From positions 1,488,001 to 1,552,000 of the forward strand of contig JBLDXI010000002.1 of the NCBI GenBank assembly GCA_047495785.1: DNA of 64,000 nucleotides, in the 5' to 3' direction. The number at the start of each line of letters is the position of its first letter. Positions within the stretch are counted from its first letter, which is position 1. Source of the DNA: Lepidodermella squamata. Lineage: Eukaryota; Animalia; Gastrotricha. The translations under genes were made by a program, and so were the position numbers. Positions 50,961-64,000 of this stretch are shown piece after piece. The notes under the pieces were generated by a model. The model was not told the origin of the DNA and made no database searches. It was given only the letters and a program-made list of their open reading frames with translations.

Positions 50961-53900
50961 TTAACTGACGCCGGACGCTAGTATCAGACCAGCTGAGAAC
51001 CTAGAACTCCCGCCACTCGCGTTCGGCGGCGATGTCGTGCCGAGGGTAGGGTCGATCGAGTTACTCGGCCGTTGAGGCGGATGCCCAGTGAAAAGGCACG
51101 CGAACAGATCCGGCTCAGATAGATCGACCACGGTCGACCTCCGATACGCTTCAATGCGTTGTTGCCGCCTCGACGCAGGGGTAGTACCCTCGAGACTAGC
51201 CGCGGTTGGGGCGGCGGCTGATAGCACCAAATGCGTCCGCATCGACTGGCCAATCACAGACTGGCGGATGAAAGCAGCCGCCGATCTTCGATTCACGATC
51301 AACCCGCCCGGGGCGACGCTGGCTGAGGCGAAGAAGAGCGATGTGCTCAGATGCTGGCGGTTTGTCGCCGCATTACCCGAGTTGGTTTGCACGGCCGGGG
51401 CGGCTGCGGCAATTTGGGCCGGGTTGACATGGTTCAGTCGAAACGCTCCGATTCCTGTTAGACTAACCAGCAATACGAATGGGGTGATAACAGGGCTGCC
51501 ACCCGAAGCTTGATACAACCGGTCCAGGGTGAATTGGAGCCGTTTCAAGACGAGATCCCGGTCAGAATCCGGGTCTTCGAGGAAACATAACACTGCGGTC
51601 GGGTGGTGGTGGTGAAATTTAAGGCTGCTGCTATCCTGCGCGAAATTGTCGAGATTCGGCGATAGAACTGTTAGCTCGATCGCAGAATCGGCCCAGTACA
51701 ACACGCCGCAGTCGATCGAGCCGTCGTAGGGCGGCTTCGAATTCGCGTGGGGTAGAATAGGCCGTGGCCACGCGACTGCTTCAAGCAACTCCCAGAACAA
51801 CGGACTGACTTTACTCGAGTCCATATCAGGAATCAGCACTTCATTCGCACTCATCGCCTCGTCATCGGCCGGGCAGTAGAAACACCATAGAGTCGCGGAT
51901 AGCCGGTCGGATAGCACGTCGATTAAGGAGGATAGCGACGGAGCTGTTGGCGCTTCTAGGTCTAACATCGCAAACCGGCCTCGCTGCCCTGCTGTCGGTT
52001 TAGTGTAGGCGAGATGGTTCAGCAGCAACCGGTCTAAAAACAACTGGTTTTGCGTCGGGTCGATTTTCGTCGGCGGTTTAGGCGGCTCGGCCGGTTTGCC
52101 GCGTGGCATAGTCGCTAATTTCGCCTGAGTCCTCTGAGCGTCCTTCGCCAACAAATTCCGCATAATTTCCGGCTTCGAATCCGTCCACGACCCGGTCAGC
52201 GTTCTCGGCAAATTCCAATCCGCCTGAACCGTGCCGACAAAATCCGTACCAGGCGGCTGGAATCTGCGACCAATCGCCCCGCCCGGGGTTGGTAAACTCG
52301 AAATCGGCGATGTATGAATCGCATTTAACGAAGCATGGCTATCCGGGCTGGTCACTCCAAAACTCGGCCGCTGATCATTCGCCGGCAAATTCGCCGTGGT
52401 AATCGGCTGGGTTGAGAGTAGCCAACAGAAACGACCATGCGGGTTGCGAACCAGCATCAAAACGCCGTTGTTAAGGTGGTTCGGCGGCAGATCGCCAGAA
52501 GGCCGAGTCGGTAGAAAAGTAGCCACGACACTATCGCCCAGACTATACGTGTGCTCTTCGATTAAAGAGCCGGATTTGGCCGGGGTTGAAGACGGTGAAA
52601 CGGTCGAGGAAGCCGCGCCTCTGATGTATTGCCTCAAAAGTGCTTCGTCCACGCAACAGCTCGTAGCAAACGGGCGGCAAATTCCTGACATCTGTGAAAA
52701 AAAAATTTTTTTGAAGGAGGATTTTTACGCCATTTTATAGCTTACTGGAGGGGAGGATAGAACGACGTGAAGTAGCGTTTCTGCGCTCAATTGGACCCGC
52801 CGAGATACTGGTAAGATCGTGACTGGCGTTGTTGGTGTCAATGCTTGGTTATTCGAGCCATTCGAGGCGCTGTTTGGTAAATCTGGGCCTGATTTCGCGT
52901 CAACCGATGACATAGTCCCAGTGAGGCCGAGTTCGATGACTCGCATGACCCGGGCGAAAAATTCGCGGCAGGCGATGAGAGGACTGGCCGAGGGTGACGA
53001 CGCTGGGATTGAGCCGAAACCGCTGCCGCAGTTTGCAACCCAGATCGAGAGGCAACCATAAGCCGCCACTATGACTGAATGTAAATCACGAGAGTGCTCC
53101 GTAGGAGGGCGTGAGCATTCAGTTTCGATCATTTGGCAAAGTGATAGCATGACCATGAAAGCAAGTTGTTGCCCGCTGGTAGCCGCCTGGGTACTGACAC
53201 TTGAGGCTTTAGCCAACAGGGGCGCAAGTGCAGATAGAAGCTCCAAGGCTGAAATTATAGAAAATAAGTCATTTTCCGCTTAATTTATTTATTTTAACAA
53301 ATATTTTAATTTTTTTTTAATTTTCCAAAAGGGCGTACATCAAGGTTTCGACAAATCAAAAATTAAAAATTCACAAAAATTAATTTTCAAATTTCAAAAT
53401 TTTAAGGTGGGGGAAAAAAGCGACAACAATCGATCAAGAAAGGAAGTTTAAATCACAAAAATATAAGAATTCAAAAACTAAATATTTAGAGCATTTCCCA
53501 ATTTATAGAAAAAAATTACCGCATAATTGACGGCCTTGAGGGGCATGATCGCGCTGCCCGCTGCCACCAATTTTCTGCGAAGTCGCTATAAGAAGCCGGC
53601 AAACAGCAGGTAAGGCGCTTCCGAACAACGCGATCGGGCTTTTACCAGCCGACTCGCCCGTCGCGGCCTGCTGGTGTGAAATAGCTGAGATGAGAAGCAC
53701 CAAAACTGACGCAAGTTGCAGTTGCAAGGTTTCGAGGGAATAAGTCGCTTGAACCACGGTTGCATCAGACGTCGAAGAGGAAGAATGCTCGGGAAACAAT
53801 GAAGCGATTAAACAATCGAAAAGATTGTCGATTACAACACCAAATGCCGAGCCAGGAAGCGAACTTAAGGCACATGTAATCGCTAGGGTCGAGTGTAAAA

Positions 53901-56257
53901 TTTTCTGCTCGGCAATTAAATTCGTTTTCAGAGCGACCCGGCAAGCCTGAACTGCGTCAGGCACTAGGAAAGTCACCCCGGGTAACTGGCCGTGGAAAAG
54001 CCAAGAACAAGAGCCGTTTAGGAGGATAGCTCCAATCAGATGGGGATGGCCTGAATTCAAACTCAGGCCGATGATTTGTTGAAATCTCGCAAATTTCTGC
54101 GTTGAAATTTCAGAATGAGGCCCCCAACGACGATAGGAACCCACCAATCGACAAAGAGCACCCAGCGCCTCGGCACAGCCCGTCGAAAACAGACGCAGGA
54201 GCTGAAGAGATGGATCTGGAGTTTGCGTCACCGTTTGCATCGCATTTTGAATCGCAGCCTCTAGTTCAAGGGTGGAACCTGACCTAGGCCGACTATGCAT
54301 TTCTTGCGGGCCGAAAAACGGGTCTTGTTGCGACAGCACCGTGAAAACGGCATCCATCAACCACTGCCCGACCAAATTTAATAAGGTGGACACGGCTGGT
54401 CGGACATTTTTCGGGCACGCTACTGATACTAAGATGTGAGGCGTCGAGTTTTGAGTCGACAGATTTGAACTCGATGACCCACTTGAGGAGATAGTAACTG
54501 AGGAAGCGCTTTGGACGAGATTCGAAACAGCTGACCCGGACCCACTCAGTCCACCTGATTGTTGCCCCTTTTGAAGGGTAGGATCGGAACCCAACGCCGC
54601 GACACTTTGCGCGGATATCGAGTTTGGAATTGACATAGTGCTTGAACCAGGCGCCATACCCTGATTCAAGTTCGGTGGAGTTGAAATCGGAACTACCGTG
54701 CTCGAACTTTGGGCGACCGTTGATGAGCTGGAATGAGTAAGCGAGCCCATGAAACCAGCCATTGAAACAGGCCGGCCGACAACTTTTTGCGTTAAAACTT
54801 TCCGTGATGATTTTCGTTGATGAGATCCTGATTGCGAGCCTTGGCCTCCTTGAGCAGCATTTGCTTGTCCAGCTCCGCCTTGCAGTGACCCGGAGGAAAC
54901 GCCGGAATTCATCAGTTCGTCCTGGTTATCAAAGCCAACTGCCTGTGCAGGGCTCAGTAGATTCAACTGACTGGCTTGAATCGTCGAGCATTGAATGCCA
55001 AGAAGTAGATCAGAAACACAGGCAAGAGAATAAATTGATGAGTGGAAAATTGCAGGCAGCGCTCTAACAAATGAAATTAACTGCTCCTGGCTCGGCTGCG
55101 GTGACATATTAGCACTTTGAGGCAATGTCGATAAGAGGAAAGCACTCGGGCGGCATAGATCGGCTGATTTCCCCGCGGCATGTAACAGTCTGTACCAAGT
55201 TTGCGATAAAACAGTCGGTTTCGCCTGAAAAGCTGGTGCCAAATAAGCCCCTGAAATAACAATAGGTAAGGGGATATATGGAACAAAAATAAGATCTTAC
55301 AGTGCATTGATTGTTGGGCGTTAACAGCATTGACAGCAAATCCTTGGATATTTCTGTCGGGAAAGCAAGTTGAGGTAAGGAGTGATGTTAGCCAAACAAC
55401 TGCTACGCCCCATTGATCAACAACGGGTTGCGAATGACGCCATTTCGGCAATAATGACGCCAATGTTTTCCACAAAGGAGGCGGTGGGAAACAGGAAACG
55501 CAGGCTGCTAACCACAGATGCACCAGAACCGAAGCAGCTCGCTGTGAAAATTCTGGCAGTGGCGAGAAGCCTGATCCAACGGATTGGAAAACGATACTGG
55601 ACGTCCGCAGCGCGAAAACGAGGACCTGCTGCCAAACGTCGCGGCGAATAGTTGCAATATTGTCGCGCGCTGTTTCTTCAATGCGACGAAGAACTAGATG
55701 ACACAGCAGCGGTTGCTTGGCTGTAAAAACTCAAGTAAAATTTGATCGGGAAGATGATTTGCGGAAAACTCACAAGATTCCCGAAGGCGAAAAATCTCTA
55801 CGAGCATTTTCAATAACAAATCCAGGTAAAATTCATGTCTCGCAACGATCGGAGCCGGCAGTTGAGAATATCTCTCCACTATCAACGCGGCAATCTAATG
55901 AATAGTAAATGCATAGATGGAGCTTGCAATTAATGACCAACTAACCCATTCTGTGCAAATGGCTACGCACTTGGCAAGAGGTTCGTAGTCAATGGTGGAA
56001 AGTGAAAGTCCGTAGGTAAGCAATTGAATGAAAAACTCTGTACTGCCGACAGAGGCAAGCGCAACCGTTGCCTCCTTCCCTCCGATAGTTATTACAACTT
56101 CATTAGTTCCAGGTCGAATAACGCTAACGGATTTGAAGAGCGTGAGTAATACACTTCTGCTGTCTTCCGCCGGGAAACATCGTAACAAAGAAGATGATGA
56201 AACGGCGTTGACATCGCTTTCCAAGTCTATACAAGCGGCATCACTGTAAGAGTCCAT
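50961..56257 (-). CDS. RALGAPB: Ral GTPase-activating protein subunit beta (multi-exon)
   Basis: FPPPPLWKTL...WRHSQPVVDQW, QTWYRLLH, HSRDLHSVIVAAYGCL..W, GRFCW and VLYWAD match RalGAP-beta motifs. Confidence 0.85.
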
Positions 56258-57546
56258 TACAAATGCCTAGAAACAAAATTATGCCCTTGGAGATTGCCAA
56301 TAATACAAGGAAACGGGAAACGGAGGAATACTTATTCTTGTTAGAATAGTCTAAGAGTCAGGATTGAAAGAAAAGATTAGCTCCGACATTGGTTCAGAAT
56401 GATTACCGACATTAACAACCATGCTACGACATACTAAAATAAACATAATCATAGCACTTAAATAAGACATCAAAGTGTTCCGATGGCGGAGATGATGAAG
56501 AGCACGGTAGAGGGGGAGGGGGCTTCGTACTTCGTAATGCCTTCTCCGCATTTTCCATTCGACCTCAACTGGCCAATACGCTCCTAACCATCATTACGAA
56601 TGGGAGGGCCCTTATTATACGGTAACAGCTATCATGACAAGGTGGGATCTTAAAAATATCAATTCATTTTTCATTTTTCCAATACTTCAAATCTTTCGCT
56701 CAGCGAAATGCATTACATCACGCAGTCGCCAGCCGCCACGCGTTGGTTTGTCCGTAATTCAAATACCTCAATTTCAGAAAATGGGCTGGTGTTCTGAGAA
56801 CTATGTTCTTTTTGGAAGAAACATTATTTCTGCTTTCTGCCACTTGTTTGCACCGCAGATCGGCAGCTATAAGCAAATCTCAAACCCGGACGATTTTGCC
56901 CCGCCAATTTTTTTGGAACCAAGCTTTTATTACCGCCAAATGTTTTGAACTTTATTATCGCTTATCACGTTATTTATAGCAAAAAAGAATATTAATAATA
57001 ATGGTATGCTGAGACATAAGGTAATTTTTGAAAATTGCGCGCGGAAATGCGGGGTTAGTGGGTTTCATCGGGTACGAATGCTGGCGAATATTCACGGAAA
57101 ACTCGTGAAACACACAACACACAACGACTTTGAGCAATGTAAGGCAAAGGCATTAAGCGTCAAACGAGAGACGAGGGATACTCAAGTTATCTCCTGTTCT
57201 AGGCAAAACGTGTGATAGAACACCGCTCTGGCGAATCAGAAGAAGGAGTGCATACATTCATACTTCGTTCGTCGATTTTTAGCGTTCGAATGCTTATGAC
57301 GTGGTGTTTTTGTCCGTTGCCATTTAACTCAGAGCTTTCTCTTTCTTCTCTGTTGTTCTCAAGGGCAAGCAGGCAAGCTTTACATAATAAACTCGTTATT
57401 ATTATGTACTTAATTTATTATGTACTCGAATGTCGAATGCAAAGCGCGGCATTCGACATTCGAGCCCATTTCGCGTAGTTGGGCTATTGATTTCCGACTT
57501 TCTCATACTGAGATATTTTTCCGATTTAGATTTTGGCTTATTTTGA

Positions 57547-58371
57547 ATGATCTGGATTGCAAGTTTATGGCTTACCTTGTTGTTTGCGGAAGTGAGCGCT
57601 ATGGATTGCTATGACCCTGAGATCCCGCCACCCATAAGAAATTCCATCTGCAATGTTGAGAGCGCCAGGGAAATGGGGACATTCACCAGATGGCGCTGTT
57701 CATGTAAGGATGGCTACGCATTGGAAAATCCACAGCATAATCTACTTATTTGTTATGCTGATAACAAAACGGCACCAAATGAACCTTCTTGCAAAAAGTC
57801 TTGTGCAGTTCCCAACCCAGCCCACGGTAGATGGATCAATGCAGAAATAGGCTCACTGGTACTAAATGGCGAATCAATTGTAGAAAGATGTCTTCAGCCC
57901 CCGCCAGGAATGAAACAGGCCCGAATAATGGTTTGCCGAGACGGCATATGGAGCTCGTTATGGCTGAGTACTTCATGCAGCCTGCAAAGTAATCAGCAAT
58001 ATTTTTTATGTAACTTAATTTTTATTTGGATATTTATTTGAATTTCAGCTTGTCCTCCGGCCCCTATGTTGGCGGGTTCGATTTCTCGATGTTATCAATC
58101 ACATGAAAACTTGACAGCAATCGATGAAAGACCAGAAAAGCCACCATCGAGATTTAATTTATGTTACGAAGGCGGCCGGGCTATTTACTGGTGTAAAGAA
58201 GGCTGGGAGCCGAGCACAACTGCGCACAAATCTGCCCATGCAACTTGTGGTTACAACGGCGATTGGTCGCCCATATTTCCGTACGATTTCAGATGCGAAT
58301 ACGTTACGTCTTCCTCCAATTTCTCATTCGCATCATTATTTCTAATCATCACTGCTGCAATTTTACACTAA
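57547..58371 (+). CDS. Sushi/CCP-repeat surface protein, probably GPI-anchored (exons 57547-57988, 58049-58371)
   Basis: Signal peptide; CCP-like modules CSCKDGYAL, CAVPNPAHG...VCRDGIWS, YWCKEGW...TCGYNGDWSP; short hydrophobic C-terminus with no cytoplasmic tail. Confidence 0.75.
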
Positions 58372-58509
58372 ACTTTTCACATTTGTTGAGGTTGTGCAAA
58401 TTTTTATACTTATTCTTGAAGAAAAACGGTGCTTTCGCTTGCTTTTTTTATTGAGAAAACGACTGAAGTATTTACGATATATTTTTCATTTGTAGAAACA
58501 CTTAAAGTA

Positions 58510-59397
58510 ATGTCAGGCATTGGAATGACGAGCAGGAAAGCTAAATTGCAAGAAGCCACCGCTTTGTACGAAACCCTGAAATCCGAGTTCGAACACGAAA
58601 AGAGCCGCAACGTTCAAAAATGCGCCCAAACTTTGACGAAGCTGAAGTTGATGCTCGCCGATCTGAGCTTCATGCCAACTGTCGCGGACAATGCATCGGA
58701 CCAAGAAACGCTGCTGGCTCGAAGCGTTTTGGAAATCGCGTGTTTGTTGGCTGTTGAAATGCGCGACTTGCCCGCTTTTGAACGCAACATTGCTGAGCTC
58801 AAGTCTTACTATTCGCTGGACAATGTTGACTTCAAACAATCTCCTTACACCCACCACCTTCTTGGTAAAATTTTGATTTATATCCGTCTCTAATCATTTA
58901 AAAATTTTGTTTGACCAGGTCTCGATCTGTTGTGTATGTTGGCTCAAAATCGGCTGGCTGATTTCCACGCCGCTCTCGAAGTCCTGCCCCGTGACATTTT
59001 GCGTTCATCGCCCTATGTTCACCATCCGATTCAGCTGGAGCAGTTTTTGATGGAAGGCTCTTACAACAAAATTTTCGCTGCCCGTGAAACCATGCCGGCT
59101 GAAAACTACCGCTTCTTCATCGACATGTTGCTGTCGACGGTTCGCACTGAAATCGCCAGTTGCATCGAAAAAGCGTACGATCGAGTGTCTTTCCAAGACG
59201 CGGCTCGTCTGCTCTTCTTGAATACGCCTCAAGAGCTGAGCGAAATTGCTCAAAAGCGTAGCTGGAACTGCAATGCTGTGGCTAACGAAATCGTCTTCCG
59301 CCAAGCACCGGCGAATGCGGCTGCGAACTCTGTTGCGGCCGATGAGATCGGCAAAAATTTGCTAGGATACGCCCGCAGCCTCGAAACGATCATCTAA
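58510..59397 (+). CDS. PSMD8: 26S proteasome regulatory subunit Rpn12 (exons 58510-58864, 58919-59397)
   Basis: LARSVLEIA, FERNIAELKSYY, LLGLDLLCMLAQNRLADFH, LEQFLMEGSYNK, IRTEIA-like VRTEIASCIEKAY, YARSLETII. Confidence 0.96.
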
Positions 59398-59725
59398 ACT
59401 CTTTGGCTTCATTCCGTTATTATTATTCTCATCAAATGAGAGAAAAATGTTAATAACTGTTTGTGAAATGTTTGGTTGGTATTTCAAAAATACCGGCTTG
59501 TGTATTCTAGCTGCGTGAAAAATAGGTTTGCAAATCTTTCAGAAATAAAATTGAAACAACGCCAGCTCATGAGTTCGTTTTCACATACTCCGAGAAAAAT
59601 TCCAAAAAGGCTCCGTTTTATTCAACAAAAATATTATTAAGGTATTTTGAGTATCGCTTGATCACAGATTCATGAGATAAAAAGAAGTAACAAAATTTAT
59701 CATTTTTGGCGCATGAAAAATAATA

Positions 59726-62700
59726 TCACGTTGGCACTAGTTGTTTCAAGTTATCACCATTACTTTTGGCTTTGATATCAGCAATATCGTTCAAATGATT
59801 TGCTAAATCGACTGAGTATGCGTAGTCTTCAATAGACCCATCAGATTCACCCAATTCACCGCGAATCAGCCCGCGCAACCGGTAAAGCTCCGGATCGTCC
59901 GGTTTGAGCCGGATCGCCTCCTCAATATCAGCTCGAGCAGCGTCCAGTTTTCGCACCATTCGATGCAAAATCGATCGATTGAACGCGATGTGATGAGCAT
60001 GTGGCGATATTGGCTTAGCAGCCGCCAAATCACGGAACGCGGCGGCTAAATCGTTCAAACGCGTCAGAGTAATCGAACGATTTATCAAGGCGGTTTCATT
60101 ATTTGGCGCGAACAAAATCGCTCGATCGAAGAAGTCTTTCGCCTGCTCCCACCGTTTGTTCGTCATAAAAATATTCGCCAGGTTGAAGTAACCAATCGAA
60201 AATCGCTGATCAAGCCGAAGTGCCTCTCGGAAATCTTTCACCGCAGCTTCTCGGCTGTTCATGAACAAATTACAAACAGCTCGATTGTTCAAAATTTCGG
60301 CAGATGGACGGATCCGAGCGGCCGTACTCAAATCTTGGTACGAAGCGTCGAAGCTCTTCGCCTGCAGACTGACAACGCCCCTCATTTCACGAGCCCTAGC
60401 CAAAGCTAGAGGCGCGGCCTTACTTCGCTCCAACATAGTGATGACGATAGAAAATTGGCGATAGGCTTGGTGTAATTTGCCAGACATTTGCAGGGTGACA
60501 GCGAGGTTGATTCGAGCAGCGTGGAGGGTGGGGTTGATAATCAACCGGCGCAAAAATTCTTTCATTGCGTATTTCCGAGCTGGAAGAGTATTGTAATCGA
60601 TCAAAGCATTCGCGCGGCCGATGTAACCATCGTCGAAATCCGGATGAGACGCAAGAACTTTCGAATACGTCAAAACAGAGCGCTTCAAGAAGTTTTGCCT
60701 GTGAAGAAAAATCACATAAATTTCGATAAAATTCAGGGTAAAATTTCTTACTTGTGGTAGCAAAGAGCCAAAGCGTGAACCAAAGCTGCATTTTTCGGTT
60801 GCATATTCGCTGCATTCCTGAAATCAGCCAACGCATTGGCATAATCTCGCCTATTGAAATACAGCAAGCCGCGATTGACGTAAGTCTGATACGTAATCCT
60901 GTTCGTTCCACGTTGCGTTTCGACTAGCAAAATCGTTGAGTAATCTCGCAGTGCTAGTTTAACACAATCAGCCATTTGTTGAGAGCAAGCTCGGTTAAAC
61001 AGAGCCAAAACGCAGCCCCGATCGAGGCGAGTCGCTTCGTTCAGATCTTCAACAGCGCCGCGGTAGTTGTGGTGGTAGTACTTGAAAGCGCCTCGATAAA
61101 CAAAGGCGCGAATACACCCGCGTTCCAGCTTAATTGCTTCATTACAGTTCGCAATAGCGAGTGGCCACAATTTACGTTGCGCGAAAAATACAGCTCGGGT
61201 GAGGTAGGCTTCGAAAATTTTCGGGTCATGCGCCAATGCTCGATGAATATCTTCGATTGCTCGCTGATGTTTCAGCGCGAAACGAACAACACCACGACGA
61301 TAGTAAGCCTAGAAAAATCCAGCTTAATAATGCGTTTTCCTGAGTAGTAAAATTTCATACCTCAGCGTAGTCTGATTTCAGCTTTATCGCGTCGTTGAAA
61401 GCATCCAACGCTGCTCCCCACATTTTCATGTTCGAATAGCAGCGACCGAGTAGGTAATACAGCTCAGGGGCTTCATCAGGCCATTTCGCTGCGATGACAT
61501 CCCGTTTAGGTCGCTATATTTCAAATAAAATAAGAGAAATGAGATCAGGCTATAATTTTAATCCAAACTCAAATGAATGGAAATAAGTGCATGAAAAACG
61601 ACATTATGAAGGCAGCAATGATCTGTAGAAATCGGAAAAATCTAGCTATTAGTAAAATAGAGCTTTAGCTCATGCAAAAAGTAAGAAAAAGTCTTATTTG
61701 AAAAGTAAGTTTTCAACGAAAGAAAAGGAGAATCCGTACATCACCCGGGTGAAGCTTGTCAAACGTCGATAATGAATCATTAGCGCCACTCTTCAACATC
61801 CAGAAATCAGTTTAAGAATTAAACATTCAAAAATTAAGGCACGACAACAGTAAAACATGCTTAAAATATAAACACGCAAACGTTTTAAAATTAAATAATT
61901 TAAAATTTACCCCACTGCCGTCATCCTTAAAAAGTGCGAAATCAAGATTAAAATTGTTGCTGAACTTTCGCAAATGATCAATGAGAAGGGAGAGAAAAAT
62001 AGGTCGCGTATGATTAAAACAGTGAAGAATAAAATTTGAAAAAATGACGATTGAAAATTGAAATCCAACTTAATATTTCAGACAACATTAATCACTCACT
62101 GCGTCTATTGACTCAAAAACTGTATGAGAAGTGGCTTTATTCCATTCTTCCATGGATAAGCCCAACTCAGCACGATACTATATAAGCGACAACACGAATT
62201 AGGTCCACAGTAATAAGAGCAAGCCGAAAAAGTTGCCAAGATCAAAGCGAAAAGCAAAAAATAAGGTGGATAAATAAAAATACCATAGCGTTGATCGCGT
62301 TGGTGAAACATTCAGCTGCTTGTTGGAAGTTGCGAGCTTTCATATAGATTTTCCCGAGTACGATAAACGCTTGAGCCGACGTGACAGAGCTTCGCAGTGA
62401 ACTTTGAAGAATTTCGATAGCTTTATCAAAGCGTTTCAGGAATGCCTGGACGAATGCTTTCTGGAAGACGGCCGAACCAGGTCCACGGTCTTGCTGAGCT
62501 TCGGTAGCTTGCCGGATGCAAAATGCGGCTAATTGGTAGTTTCCGGTTGACAGAACAACAGCACCCTGAAATTAGCAAAAATTACATAAGCTCATTCAAA
62601 ATTAGTTTATTTACCCTATGAACATAGACCGCATAATCGCTAGGATCAAGATGGATTGCCTTAGTGAAATCTTTCAAAGCCTCAGCGTACTGAAAAGAGA

Positions 62701-64000
62701 GATTAAAATATCGGAAAATTTGAGAAAAATTGTTTCCTCACATTTTTGGTTTTATTGTACGCCTCAGCCCGGCATAAATAGGCCTGTCTGTAGGTCGGAT
62801 CCGCCTTAACCGCGGTGGTAAATCTTCGAATCGCTCTGTTATAATCGAGTCGTTTATTAAGGTAGATTCGACCCAAGTTCGTATGAGCAGCAGGGTGGTC
62901 ACGATCTAGCCGTAAAATGGCCTCAAAATCTCCCTCAGCTTCCTCATCCAAACCGAGTTCGAAATACAAAATTCCGCGATGTAATAGCGCCCGGATGTTA
63001 TTGACTGAACTATCCAACAGGATGGAAATGCTGAAATCTGACAAGGCCCGTTCCGCATATAATTTTCGCAATAGACAGCCGCGTTGGAAGTAAGGCTCAG
63101 GATCATTAGGTTTAAGGTAGATCGCCGCCGAAAAATCAGCACAAGCCAGCTCGTGGCGGTTTTGTTTAACCAAACACTGGCCTCGTAGAATATACATATC
63201 AGCATTGGCTGGTTCGCGTTCGAGAATTTGCGTCAAATCTTGAATGGCGACAGGATAATTATTTGTTCGAATGTAGTGCTTGGCGTGGCATAGCAAAGCC
63301 GTTGTATCGTTTGGCATCAATTGATTCGCTCGCATGTAATCCTCCATAGCGAGAAGCGGCTCCCCTTTCTACAAAAAAATCTAAAATTAAGGAGGAAAAT
63401 TCGAAAAAATGAAATCTCACCCTTTCGTATAGTTTAGCCCTCAGGAAATAAGCTTCAGCATTGGCAGGGCTTGATCGAATAGCCATGGTATAGTCATCAA
63501 TTGCCTCTAAAATGTCCTCTCTTTCCGTGTATATTGCAGCTCGAGACATGTAGGCCCCAGCGTGGAAGCGATAGATCCTAACAATCAGGTTCAAATCAGC
63601 AACAGCCATCGAAACTTTATTCTCGACCAAATAGATGAAATGACGATGCCAAAGTGCATCGACAAAATTCGGCATCAGCTCCAAGGCGCCGTTCAAATCA
63701 GCCAGGGCTGAGACTAATTTCCCGAGTTTCCGCAAAATCGCACCCCGACGGGTCATAGTGATAGCTTTTGTTACCGGCTTCAACGGCCGCTCGAGTAAGG
63801 CGGTTAGCCTATCGACCTCTTCCTCCATAATCGCAAATTTCTCACGCTCGAGTTCGTCATCGGTCGTTCCAGTAACCGGCGGCATGTCAAGGTCGAAAAT
63901 TTCGTTGGTTATCACGACTTCAACAGCATCCTCCTGAACTTCAGCTGCTTTTTTCTCAGTATTCATCAGGACAGCTAGACTTTCAGCTAGAGCGGCCGAG
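59726..64000 (-). CDS. Large TPR-repeat protein (TTC6-like), 5' end beyond the window
   Basis: Several exons of tandem TPRs (A..D...AI.L.P...AY..RG pattern), spliced through short introns; stop codon at 59726. Confidence 0.85.

Noticed and set aside
1-64000. CRISPR arrays, rRNA or prokaryotic defence systems
   Set aside because: The sequence is intron-containing eukaryotic DNA with no repeat-spacer arrays or rRNA motifs.

Overview
Gene-dense animal (invertebrate) genomic DNA with a tight small-intron mode of about 43-60 nt; the taxon cannot be named from the sequence alone. I assembled about 20 protein-coding genes by hand from GT/GC-AG junctions. In order they are: the 3' end of a divergent IP3-receptor-like channel, an atypical nuclear receptor, RPS3, a 2-Cys peroxiredoxin with a metallothionein-like N-terminus, PDE12, NTPCR, a FANCF-like gene, HUS1, a THAP-PHD-AT-hook gene, a NACHT-WD40 (NWD) gene, an M6/proteolipid gene, a Ly6/three-finger-like gene, a secreted EGF-repeat gene, an F-box/LRR gene, a miniaturised Notch, a pancreatic-type lipase, an intronless HSP70 with a long HSE array, RALGAPB, a sushi-domain gene, PSMD8 and a TTC6-like TPR gene. 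There is also a decayed Mutator-like transposon and the 3' half of a tRNA-Arg gene. The main system-level signal is operon-like: same-strand genes lie only 46-312 bp apart, and many start codons sit just after an unpaired 3' splice acceptor, which suggests polycistronic transcription resolved by spliced-leader trans-splicing. Family assignments come from recalled motifs, not database searches.
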